A DNA stretch of 63,343 nt, filler included, from Stramenopiles sp. TOSAG23-2 (Eukaryota), in assembly GCA_900128395.1 (NCBI GenBank). It is 16 parts of 16 records of this genome, joined end to end, with 100 filler letters (N's around TTAATTAATTAA, not from the genome) between each part and the next. Parts side by side here need not be neighbours in the genome. Positions count along the whole stretch, not along the records: positions 33,279 to 37,322 come from LT651016.1; positions 37,423 to 41,463 come from LT651017.1; positions 41,564 to 45,604 come from LT651018.1; positions 45,705 to 49,739 come from LT651019.1; 12 more parts are not named here. One strand, written 5' to 3'. Below, in pieces: positions 34,491 through 45,705 of the stretch. The translations under genes were made by a program, and so were the position numbers. The number at the start of each line of letters is the position of its first letter. Within the stretch, counting starts at the first letter, position 1. The notes beneath the pieces are model-generated. The model was not told the origin of the DNA, did not search any database, and was given only the letters and a program-made list of their open reading frames with translations.

Positions 34491-36938
34491 TTATTTAAAT
34501 GTAAATCCATAAATATCAAACTTTAACATCTCAAATAACATTCTCATTGCAACTTGTTTTTTTCCAGTTTCTTTGCTAACACGTGTTACAATTTTATTAC
34601 TGTTCATTTTTGCATATTCAAAAAAATTTTTCAAACCAAAACCTTTATCCCTACCTTGTGCATATGGAAGGTTTGATTCGATTCTAAACCCTTCATACAT
34701 TTTTTTGCGAGGACCAGTATGTACCATAACTGCTTGATTGTGCCTTATTCTCCATCGCCTTTCTCCCCACCCGATTCTACGTTCGATTTCATCACCAACA
34801 AATGTTATACAATTTGAAAAGGAATACATTGGATTTCCCATATATTTATTATTTTTACCAACATATTGTAATTTTACATTCAAATATCCAAAAATATCAA
34901 TTGCTTTACCATTTATGTACAGATCCAAACGATCCATATCAACCCATACAGTTTTTAAAATTACTGTACATGGGCTCGAATTAGCTGTTGCAGTGCATGA
35001 TATAGCACCAAAGCGAAAACGTGGTATAGAGTATCTTCGTAAATGAGCATTAGGCCATGTTGCATCATGCAACATATAAAACCACATTTCATTATGATCT
35101 GGCCTATCTATTAGTCCACGAGTAGCATACGTATTACGTGGTAGCCAATGTCCTAAATTTTTTGATTTATCATTGAAAGGATCGTTTATAGACCCAAAAT
35201 CGGCAAGCGGTGCAACACTTGTACGCTTCCATTTACTCGGCATATGTTTGTTTTCTTCCATATCAGAGAAAATTAATATAGCATCACTTCCCGCATCTTC
35301 GCAATCTAAACCATATTTTAATTGTTTCATACATCCATTTGGACCTTTGCCTAAGATTCTACCATTGAATCTAGTTGCAGTTCCAACATATAAATGATCA
35401 CACTCTTTTGCTGGACATTGTATTGCATTTGCAACATATACACCTTCCGCCGCTTGGTATTGTGGCTTCAATTCTGCTACTTTCCACTTCATATCGTCCC
35501 ATATCAACCAATCATCACTTGCTTGCACCATAAAGGTACGATGTTCCCAATCCTCGACGACACGTACTATGGCAATGAATTTTTTCAGATTTATATCATA
35601 ATTGATTGCATTTAATGAATCGAAGGCATATTTATATTTTCCTCGTTTTTGTCCACCATGTGCATTCAAGAATTTTTCACGTATAAACAAGTGTTTATCT
35701 GGAACTACCGAATACGTAATACCATCACTCGATATAAATGGTACCCATCCACCTTTACTGTAACGTTCATCAAAAACACCTATGCCCTTATATCTTTCCG
35801 TTTTAGGAATACCTGGTCTTGGATCAATAAATGCAGAAAAAGCATGAATACCATCTCCGAATGACATTAAATTGTCATTCCTTTTCTTATTGATATTCGG
35901 TTTTGTAAACGTAAGTCCACCATCTTCTGACTTTCCATAACAATAAGCGCCGTCATTTCCATCTTCTTTCATCTCGCCTTCTGGGTCACAACGATAGTAC
36001 ATATGGACGATAGATTTATTTACATTGTCTTGTAAAAAACTGAAATAATTTTGTATACCAGATGATTTTGGATTATCACGAAATACAATATCTTTTGGCA
36101 TTGCTTTAATTCCAATTAATTTTGCAGTATCCATATCTGCAATTAGCTTCATGTCTATAAATGCTTCGAATTTACCACGCATATCAAAAGGTTGCAATTT
36201 CCTATTTACAGAGTCCTCACGAACTAAATCAGCAATTGGAGTACATCTTTTTGGAATATGACCGCAAATATCCAGTTGGCGTTTACTATATCTTTTGTGA
36301 AAAACTAAGTTACAATATAAAAGCATGTCGTCTACTATATCTTTTTCTATCATTTGATTATTTGTTCCCCCACCCCAATAATCACTCATCTCCTTTGACA
36401 ATGGTTGGCCTTTACAACCAATTCGTGCAAAACTTTCCTGTAATATTTTTTTCATGTGTTCTGATGGCTTTGTAGAGGCAGGAATATTGACGATTTGGGG
36501 GGGCGGGTCAACCGGTTGCCTCGCAACAGCCTTATTTTCCAAAACTTTTATTTTATCTGTTAAGGCTGCAATTGTAATCTTGTTTTCTCTTTTTTTTCGA
36601 GTTAATAGTTTAATTTTTTTCTTCGCTTCACTATTTTTCACATTCAAATATGAAATCATACTTTCCAAATTTTCGTCATTCGATGTTCTTGCATCAGTAG
36701 AGTTTAATATATATTTACTGCCATTTATTCTTTTGTCTACTTTTAGTTTTTTCTGGAAATATGTTATTGATATTTTATTAGTATCAACTTTCAAACTTAG
36801 CGAAGAGAGGTAAAATAACATTGTTGCAAATATAAACAGAACGAGCGTGATCGTAGTAAATGTTGGCCTTTTTCGATTTCTATTATTAGCTCCACGGGGG
36901 CTGTTTACGGTACGAATCCCTTGACTTTCTATATCCAT
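34491..36938 (-). CDS. Type II membrane protein with a bacterial-type five-bladed beta-propeller (GH32/GH43-like) domain
   Basis: N-terminal TM and coiled stem. Motifs YCYGKSEDGGLTFTKPN, FIDPRP..ERYKG, AFDSLNAINYD and C-terminal C..FVGDEIERRIGW..MLFEMLKFDIYGFTF. Confidence 0.65.
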   Translation of the reverse strand: MDIESQGIRTVNSPRGANNRNRKRPTFTTITLVLFIFATMLFYLSSLSLKVDTNKISITYFQKKLKVDKRINGSKYILNSTDARTSNDENLESMISYLNVKNSEAKKKIKLLTRKKRENKITIAALTDKIKVLENKAVARQPVDPPPQIVNIPASTKPSEHMKKILQESFARIGCKGQPLSKEMSDYWGGGTNNQMIEKDIVDDMLLYCNLVFHKRYSKRQLDICGHIPKRCTPIADLVREDSVNRKLQPFDMRGKFEAFIDMKLIADMDTAKLIGIKAMPKDIVFRDNPKSSGIQNYFSFLQDNVNKSIVHMYYRCDPEGEMKEDGNDGAYCYGKSEDGGLTFTKPNINKKRNDNLMSFGDGIHAFSAFIDPRPGIPKTERYKGIGVFDERYSKGGWVPFISSDGITYSVVPDKHLFIREKFLNAHGGQKRGKYKYAFDSLNAINYDINLKKFIAIVRVVEDWEHRTFMVQASDDWLIWDDMKWKVAELKPQYQAAEGVYVANAIQCPAKECDHLYVGTATRFNGRILGKGPNGCMKQLKYGLDCEDAGSDAILIFSDMEENKHMPSKWKRTSVAPLADFGSINDPFNDKSKNLGHWLPRNTYATRGLIDRPDHNEMWFYMLHDATWPNAHLRRYSIPRFRFGAISCTATANSSPCTVILKTVWVDMDRLDLYINGKAIDIFGYLNVKLQYVGKNNKYMGNPMYSFSNCITFVGDEIERRIGWGERRWRIRHNQAVMVHTGPRKKMYEGFRIESNLPYAQGRDKGFGLKNFFEYAKMNSNKIVTRVSKETGKKQVAMRMLFEMLKFDIYGFTFK

Positions 36939-36994
36939 TGTAACATTAAGCGGGGATATGGTTTGGTGAATAATTTCTATGTTTCATAATACAC

Positions 36995-37025
<31 letters not shown>

Positions 37026-37755
37026 GATAAGATTAATTCTAGCAAAAAAGAAAAAAAAAAAAAGAAGATTCGCACATCATTCATACTGTACAGTAATAAT
37101 TATTCATAAGCGCCAGTACGAGCCAGGAGCTAGCCGGGCTAGCCTAGGCCAGCTAGCTCCAGTGGTGGTAAGCCAGGTTAGCCAGTAAGCCAGTAAGCAT
37201 CATAAATTCGGCATAAAAGTATTAAGTTATGAGATAAATAGTCTCAAGTAGAAAAATACCTAATTTAGCCTATCAAATATATCAAACACTACAAATCTAC
37301 TGTGTATATGAAAAGGACTATANNNNNNNNNNNNNNNNNNNNNNNNNNNNNNNNNNNNNNNNNNNNTTAATTAATTAANNNNNNNNNNNNNNNNNNNNNN
37401 NNNNNNNNNNNNNNNNNNNNNNAACTACATTAATAGATACTTTTACACTATAAACACTATAAGATATTATACTACAAGATTACACATAAATAGATCCTTA
37501 TAATATTAAAAACAACATATAGAAACACAAGATACATTATTGACACCCACACACTTCAGGGCAGGGAATCTAAATCATCCTTGCGGGCTTGCTAAGGCTT
37601 TATAGCTTGGCGCAACAAAATGCTTTTCTTCCTCCGGCGGCGGGTGGTGTGCCCTCCTTATCCTGTGGCTTTCTTTATATATATTCTCCCAAGTATTATT
37701 TGAATAAAAATCATGAATACATCATTATAGAGATATTGATTGATATATGACATAG

Positions 37756-38196
37756 ATGATTCAGATACACATCATACTGTATATAGCTAGTGTACGCGGA
37801 CGTACCATCAATATGCACACGAAAGATTTATTGAAATTAGGAAAGAACCTATCATTAGATTTATTTTATCATGGATATGAGAATTATATGCAACATGCAT
37901 TTCCTGATGATGAATTAAATCCATTATCCTGTCAAGGGAATAATGAAATGTTTGGTGGCGTATCGTTAACTTTAATTGATACAATCGATATGCTTGGTAT
38001 TATTGGAAATTCCACGGCATTTACAGAGGCATTATGGACTATTGTTGATAATGTTGATTTTGATAAGGATAAAGTAGTATCCGTTTTTGAAATGAATATA
38101 CGTGTCTTGGGTGGATTATTATCTGCACATATTATGGCACGTGATGATAAATTAAATTTAATGTTAAAAAAATATAAAGTTGTAATTAAAAAAAAC

Positions 38197-38246
<50 letters not shown>

Positions 38247-39714
38247 AATAATAATAAGACGTGATTATCATGATGAATTGTTAAATATGGCAGAAGATTT
38301 AGGTAAACGTTTATTAGTTGCATTTGATACCCCGACTGGCATACCATATGGCAGTGTAAATTTACGCCATGGGGTGGCAAAAAATGAAACGCCAATAACT
38401 TGTACTGCTGGTGGTGGATCATTTTTAATTGAATTTGGTGTTTTATCACGTTTAACCCATAATGGAACCTATGAAAGAGCAGCACGACGTGCATCCCATG
38501 CATTGTGGGGGCATCGTTCAGCATTGAATCTAGTTGGTGCGCATATCAATATATTAACTGGTGTATGGTCACAAAATGATGCTGGTATTGGAACATTTAT
38601 TGATTCATTTTATGAATATATGTTAAAAAGTTATATTATGTTTGGTAAAAAAGAGGATTTATTAATGTTTATTGAAGGATATACTGCAGTAGTTCGGTAT
38701 TTAAAACGTGGCCCATGGTATATAGAAGCAAATATGGAAAGTGGAAATGTATCCCATGCCCATTTTACCAGCTTGCAAGGTTTTTGGCCTGGCTTGCAAG
38801 TTTTATTCGGTGATGTTGATATGGCAAGCGATACAATACGTGCATTTTTATCATTAACTGATGCATATACATTCCCACCAGAACGTTTTAATATCAAAAC
38901 AATTTCAATAGAAGATCCATTTTATTCATATCCATTGAGACCTGAATTTATTGAAAGCATGTATTATTTACATAAAGCAACACATTCAAAGGAATGGTTA
39001 AATTATGGATTAGATATATTATTATCAATGCATAATATTAGTAAAACAGAGTGTGGTGTTGCATCTGTTGCTAATGTATCATCATTATTTTATGATGATA
39101 GCGATATGGTAAAATTAGAAGATAAAATGCCTAGTTATTTTCTAGCAGAAACTTGTAAATATTTTTATTTACTTTTTGATGATGATAATGATTATGTAAA
39201 TAAACACAATATCGTATTTTCAACGGAAGGTCATCCATTTCCAATCGGTAAATATTTAAATCGTTTCAGTAGAAAACAACATAAAGAAACAATAAATGAC
39301 AAAAATAATAACAACAATGGTATGACCAATTGGGAATATTATTCGAAAAGTAATATGTTTAAAACTACGCAAACAAATGCAGTTGAATCGCTTTTATCAT
39401 TTGCTGAGCAACCATGTAAAAAACCATCGATTTTAGATTACAATCCATTGCTTGATCGTTTGTATGATCCATTGGAATATGAGGAATTTAAATGTTGGCC
39501 AGAAGAAGGGAAATATGTATCAAACTCGTCACCACCATTTTCTTATGAAGTCGGTTATTCCCCTTTTGAAATAAGACAAACATTATCACAAAACAATAAT
39601 AATATTGGTATAAATACAAATATTTTTGAAAAAGAAACGTTGACAAATATGTTTTTTTATGCATTTTTAATCTTGAGAGTAGTAATGATTTTTTGGGTAC
39701 ATTTTCCACGATAG
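37756..39714 (+). CDS. EDEM-like GH47 alpha-1,2-mannosidase
   Basis: YMQHAFPDDELNPLSC, SVFEMNIRVLGGLLSAH, AFDTPTGIPYG, IDSFYEYMLK, YPLRPEFIES, MPSYFLAETCKY, FSTEGHP. Start uncertain. Confidence 0.93.
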
Positions 39715-39852
39715 ATAATGTGATATGTCTAATAAAATGTATACTTTAATATTACTAGTATAAAATAAAAATAAAAAAAATACGTAAAATACGAACCGTA
39801 GAGACTCTAGTATATACTCATGTGCGCTTGTCCACAGATACCTTTTGTGTTT

Positions 39853-41373
39853 TTACAAATTCACTTTACATTGATAATATGCACCTACTTGATATTTACA
39901 TTTTTCTTCCACAGTAAATTGCAATGTGTTCAAACCATCCCCAGTAAAACGTCTACAAGCATTAACTAGATATACTAAATTTCGTGTATCCATTTTTTTA
40001 CCTGTACCACTATGACCATCTAACATAACATATTTACCAGGTCCACCTTCATCAAATTCATCACTTGTATCTTCATTCATATCAGTATAATCAGTAATAA
40101 CTTCCATTTCATGTATGCAATCACGATTAAATTTACATGGACCTGAGCATGGCAATGGTCTTGCAATTTTTTTACCAATTCCACATCGTATACGTGCGGA
40201 CATATCATCATCTTCACCACCCCAACCCCAATAAACATTTGCATAACCATTTACTGATGCAAAATGTTCCACATGCATTACACTAACACCACCAAAAATT
40301 TCTTTATATATACAGCGTTTATGTGTATCGACGTATACACTTAGATGCCGTGGCGATTCATCTTTATCGGGGCATGAGTATAGCGTTTGCTCAGATTGTG
40401 GCAACAAATCAACATCGTGAAAAATGAAACAAAAACGTTTATTATTGCCTTTTGTGATTTTTTGGATATCTATATCCTTGGAGGCTAATACAGCACCAAC
40501 ATTCAAAAGTTTCGCACGATTAAATCTTTTTTCATCAACTTGATCGATTATAAATATTTTATATCGTACTTTTTGTTTACGTAATAATGGGTGCATTCGT
40601 GCAATATATGCTTGTAAATGTTCTTCTCTATTTCTATATGGTATAATAATTCCAACTGTATCCCGTGGTTCACAATCTAGCGGTTCCCACCAACCACCAT
40701 ATTCATCTCCCTTCCATTTATCATTTAATTTAAATTTTTGCTCTGTATCATCAAATGATGGAAATGGACGTTCCATAGGATCTAGTGAAGTGGCGACAGT
40801 AAGATCAATTTCTGTATGGCATATTTTTTTCTTATTATTATCATCATCATCGTCTTCATTATTATATACAGCATCCATATATTTTTCATATTTGGTTTTT
40901 CCAAAGAGTCTTTCATATGCAAGTACTCTAGCACTTGACATCAATCGTTTACGTCTTTTTACTTCTGTAACATCTACATTTTTTAAACTATCTTCATACG
41001 CAGCTTTTGTTACTAATAATACTTGTCCAACTTCAAGGCCAGATGGATCTGGTATGGAATTTCTAATTGCTATAACATCAGCAGTAACACCATGTAATTC
41101 ACCAATTCTATTTAAAGTATCTCCACGTTGAACAATATATGTTTTGGCAGGTAATTCGGTTAGTTTTCTAGGTCCACAATCTGAGCAGTCGGAACCAGGT
41201 TTACACCATTGACTTGCTGAGTTTTGCATACCATCATCACAAGAACCATCTCGTTCTGATGATAAACATGCGTCTGTACATATTTGTCTTTTTTGTCCAA
41301 ATATATGACCAACATTTATTATAAGAATCAATAATAAAATATAACAACATGAAAAATGAAAACACAATCTCAT
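39853..41373 (-). CDS. GT7 beta-1,4-galactosyl/GalNAc-transferase with N-terminal Cys-rich and LysM domains
   Basis: IIIPYRNREEHL, FNRAKLLNVG, FHDVDLLP, FGGVS, NGYANVYWGWGGEDDDM. LysM: YIVQRGDTLNRIGELHGVTADVIAIRNSIPDPSGLEVGQVL. Confidence 0.92.
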   Translation of the reverse strand: MRLCFHFSCCYILLLILIINVGHIFGQKRQICTDACLSSERDGSCDDGMQNSASQWCKPGSDCSDCGPRKLTELPAKTYIVQRGDTLNRIGELHGVTADVIAIRNSIPDPSGLEVGQVLLVTKAAYEDSLKNVDVTEVKRRKRLMSSARVLAYERLFGKTKYEKYMDAVYNNEDDDDDNNKKKICHTEIDLTVATSLDPMERPFPSFDDTEQKFKLNDKWKGDEYGGWWEPLDCEPRDTVGIIIPYRNREEHLQAYIARMHPLLRKQKVRYKIFIIDQVDEKRFNRAKLLNVGAVLASKDIDIQKITKGNNKRFCFIFHDVDLLPQSEQTLYSCPDKDESPRHLSVYVDTHKRCIYKEIFGGVSVMHVEHFASVNGYANVYWGWGGEDDDMSARIRCGIGKKIARPLPCSGPCKFNRDCIHEMEVITDYTDMNEDTSDEFDEGGPGKYVMLDGHSGTGKKMDTRNLVYLVNACRRFTGDGLNTLQFTVEEKCKYQVGAYYQCKVNL

Positions 41374-41563
41374 TATTGTGGGATTATCTATGAAAAATGA
41401 GATGGTAATAAAAATTAATATATACAATGATAACACAAAAGGATGTTGTTATGTTTGGTCGATNNNNNNNNNNNNNNNNNNNNNNNNNNNNNNNNNNNNN
41501 NNNNNNNTTAATTAATTAANNNNNNNNNNNNNNNNNNNNNNNNNNNNNNNNNNNNNNNNNNNN

Positions 41564-41770
41564 TAATCGACCCAGTGTAAAATGTTCTTCAGCTTCTTTA
41601 TCATCTTTGTAGATGATATTTGTTGTTGGTGTGGGCTTTTTGTATTTATCTTCTTCTCGTATTTTAAACTTCAAGGTGCCACGACTGCCTTCTTTAATTC
41701 TAGGATATACTTTTATACGTATGGTTTCTGGTTTCTTCTTCTTCTTGTTATTATTATTATTATTATTATC

Positions 41771-41804
<34 letters not shown>

Positions 41805-41830
41805 GTAGTAGTGGTGCCGTCGCTATCCAT
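41564..41830 (-). CDS. N-terminus of a hypothetical poly-Asn protein, truncated
   Basis: ATG at 41830; the ORF runs off the contig edge. Confidence 0.5.
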
Positions 41831-42963
41831 TTTACTTTTAGTTTAATCTTGCTTTATGAAAACTTAAAATCTTAATATTTAATAATAATAATATACTAAA
41901 TTTAAGAAATATAGAACTGTGCAATTATTGTTCAATTATAAAGTAATGACTTTGCGTTATTATCAAAGTATTATGTGTTGAATATTATTATTTTTTATTT
42001 CTTTATTTTTTCTTAGTTGTTTCTTTGTACTTATTAGGGTTACAGTGCGTAATTTGTGTGTGTGAGAGAGAAAGGAGATTGATATCCTGTTTATATTGAT
42101 TGTATTGATAATGATATCTGTTGTTGTTAGATATTAGAAATATTATTTATGTTAGATATTTTTATAGTAGATGATGTTAATAATGGCAAATTTATATATT
42201 TTATTTATTTATTTTTTACTTTTTTTGTAAACCTTTACTATTATATTACAGTATAATATAGTATTTTATAGTAGAATTTCAGTAAAAAAATAAATAAAAA
42301 AATTAAAACATTTACCATTATTAACAACATCTACTCATACTATATATAATGTAGATTTGTTTTTTTAGTAGTGCAATCCAGGCAATCCAGGCAATCCAAT
42401 CTCCAGCAATCTATTCATTAATGATTCATGATGGCAATAATAGCATCCCTGGCATCCATCATCCATCCAGGATCCAAATCCCACACTTATACATCACTAT
42501 TAATAACACAGCAATCCAGTCAATCCAGGCAATCTAAATCCTGGCAATGCTAATGGCTAATGCATAATATTAGATATATATTAATATTATATTTATAATG
42601 TTGCTTAAATGTATAAGTGGGCGAGAAGCGAGAAAAAGGATTAAAAAAATGGGGATGAAACTTTATATTATTTTGTAAAAAAAAAGTTGCATCCTAGCAT
42701 GCAATACTATTGTGGATGAAACTATTTTATCATATAAATTCCAAAAAAAAATTTTTATACGATTTACTTGTCTTTTAACATATAAATACCATTAACTACA
42801 ACATATCTAAAATTCCAAAACATAATCACGCACATAAAATAACCATATATAAAAAGATAGATATAGAAACAAGACGAAGAAGAACGACGAAGAAGAGGAG
42901 GCGAGACAAAAAAGATAAACAAAACAAAAAAACAAAAAAACAAAAACAAAAAGAGATTGTATA

Positions 42964-44436
42964 ATGTCCAAAATTATACAATTATTGTGTGCATGTGCAT
43001 TTATTGCATGTATTTATTTATCAACATCTGTGGCGGTCGTTGATGTAAAAGATGTAAATGGCACATCAAATCCTACTTTCAGTGATTTGACTACACCAGT
43101 ACGTCAACAAAATCAACATGTAAATGTTGAAACAAACTTGCAGGAGGATAGCCCTTTTGTAAACTTTGGAACGGAAACCGAAAAGACAACGACTAGCAGT
43201 AGTGAACAAGAAACGAAACAGGAATCTAAACGATTCAACTTGATTCATATACAAACAGACATGACACCGACAACTGACCCTGCAGCAGATACAAAATTAT
43301 CAAAAGAAGATTTTATGATTATCATGAAAACAGGAGGACTACGACAAGTGACAAAGAACAACGGGACACTAGGACAGTGTAGTTGGGTTGCTGAAGGGTA
43401 TTGTTGCTCGGTCGGTACTCCGTGTTGTTGTGACAAACCGGCTGGGTCACCTGGGCAGTGTTCTTCCGTTGCATATGAATACTGTTGCCACGTGGGTACA
43501 CCATGTATTTGTTGTAGCGATAAATCCCAAAAGAAACATAAAAGAAATGAGATAGCAAACAATGCTTCATCACCACACGTAGTGGTTTTAAAGGATAAGA
43601 AAATATTATCTAAAGCAACGTTTGAGCGTATTATGAAGGGAAAGAAAGTAGTACTACGTCATGAAATCAATGGGGGTAGCAACATGTTGACGAACAATAC
43701 TCTAGGCAATTGTGCATGGCCGGCAAAGGAATATTGCTGTCACGTTGGTACAACGTGCCAGTGTAAAAATCCACCAACCGCACCAGGGCAATGCTCTGAA
43801 ACAGCATGGGCTTATTGTTGCGCGGTGGGAACACCATGTATGTGTGCTGCGATCAATTTGAATGCAATATCTGTGAATGTATCAACAATGACAAACACAA
43901 ATAGTTCAAAAAATTTCAATTTGGATATCGTAGATAAAATTTTTATGCCAGAAAATGAAACAGATGTAGCTGTAAGAACGCCGCCGCAAAAGCATGGCCA
44001 TATACAAAACGTAGCTTTTGACCGTGTAATGAAAAGAAGTTTATGTGGTGAAAGGAATTTTACTAATGCGACCAAGAAAAATACTCTTGGTTGTACATGG
44101 GCGGTAAAGGCATATTGTTGCCAGCAAAACAAGTGCCATTGTAGAAAGGGACCAAAATCCCCTGGACAATGTAGTGAAGTTGCATATGACTATTGTTGTA
44201 CAATGTGTCAACAATGTATGTGCACCTTTAATGCAACATCCGATAATGCATTGTTGGCAAATGTTATTACGTTTAACACAGCCACAGCTTTACAAGTTGC
44301 TTTGTCGTTTATGTGCATTGTTTTGCTATTAGTGGGAATTGCGTCTTGTATTTCCTGTATACAAATCCATACCAAGCATAAATGGGAACCACCAAACGTT
44401 ATTGATTCCAATGTTATCACGTACAAACGTTTATAA
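42964..44436 (+). CDS. Single-pass surface protein with three Cys-rich modules
   Basis: Signal peptide; 3 x TLGxCxWxxxxYCCxxxxxCxC...PGQCSxxA[Y/W]xYCCxxxxxCxC; C-terminal TM ALQVALSFMCIVLLLVGIA. Confidence 0.85.
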   Translation: MSKIIQLLCACAFIACIYLSTSVAVVDVKDVNGTSNPTFSDLTTPVRQQNQHVNVETNLQEDSPFVNFGTETEKTTTSSSEQETKQESKRFNLIHIQTDMTPTTDPAADTKLSKEDFMIIMKTGGLRQVTKNNGTLGQCSWVAEGYCCSVGTPCCCDKPAGSPGQCSSVAYEYCCHVGTPCICCSDKSQKKHKRNEIANNASSPHVVVLKDKKILSKATFERIMKGKKVVLRHEINGGSNMLTNNTLGNCAWPAKEYCCHVGTTCQCKNPPTAPGQCSETAWAYCCAVGTPCMCAAINLNAISVNVSTMTNTNSSKNFNLDIVDKIFMPENETDVAVRTPPQKHGHIQNVAFDRVMKRSLCGERNFTNATKKNTLGCTWAVKAYCCQQNKCHCRKGPKSPGQCSEVAYDYCCTMCQQCMCTFNATSDNALLANVITFNTATALQVALSFMCIVLLLVGIASCISCIQIHTKHKWEPPNVIDSNVITYKRL

Positions 44437-45705
44437 GTGTTGAAATAATAATGGGGAAACAAATGTTTTGTTTAGTATCCAACAACCGTGATTGAAAATA
44501 TAATGCGCAATATAAACAGGATTATAAACAGGATTGTAAGTTGGACGAACAGGTTGAGTACATTTTATATGTATAATATTATATATATATTTAAATTGGC
44601 TTATATATGCAACTCCATGATATCACGTATTTCGATAGTTTTGGTAATCGGATATGAAAAAAATAAAACATCATAGATCGACACATTGTATATTGTATGG
44701 TACAACGCGCTCTGGTAAAAACAATAATATATATATATACGGTATACGGTATGCGGATGGATATGATATGGCGAACGATGACTGGCCAATATAAAATATA
44801 TTTTATATTTTATATCAGACATATATATATATATATATCATATGCATATTTGAAGCAGCCAAGATTTGTATTATTAAAAATATAATGCAAATATATTCGT
44901 TTATATAGAATTACAATGTGGCATACTAACATTTTTAAGTTTGTGTGTGTGAAAGAGAGAAAGGGCACAGAGAGACAGAGAGATAAAATTTTATTATGTT
45001 TTAAAAATCACCAAGAAAAAAAAAAAAGAAACAAATATATTTCACTTATGCTAATATGCTATAATGCTATGTCCATGCTTTATCACACCTAACCCTAATT
45101 TTTTGCCATCAACTTTCTGCTATTCCCATACTATTTATGTACTCCAGAACCCCAACCCTAATCCACCGCCACAATAATATCAAAAATTCACTTTCATTTT
45201 TGCCTATAGCGCACCTACCAGCCTATTAATACATGATCGTATTTGCTTCTTCCTTACACTCCACTTCTTACCACAAATATATCCTCTCCTGGATACAAAT
45301 ACATATATATATTCATAAGATATATATAGGATTTTACTAACGGACAAACGAGAATTATTTCACAAACAAAATTTTACATAAGATTTTATAATTGAAACAT
45401 ATTCACATTTTTTATATATCACCGTTTGATTTTATTTGTCGTTGTTGTATTAACTCAACAGAACAATTAATATCAATAAAAAATAATACACAAAATTTAA
45501 AACGTTTTCTTGAAAAATTCATTGAAAATTTTTTTTTTTAAAAAAAAACAAACAAAATGACAATTACAACAACCACGACCACCACCTCATCATTACATTT
45601 CCATNNNNNNNNNNNNNNNNNNNNNNNNNNNNNNNNNNNNNNNNNNNNTTAATTAATTAANNNNNNNNNNNNNNNNNNNNNNNNNNNNNNNNNNNNNNNN
45701 NNNNT

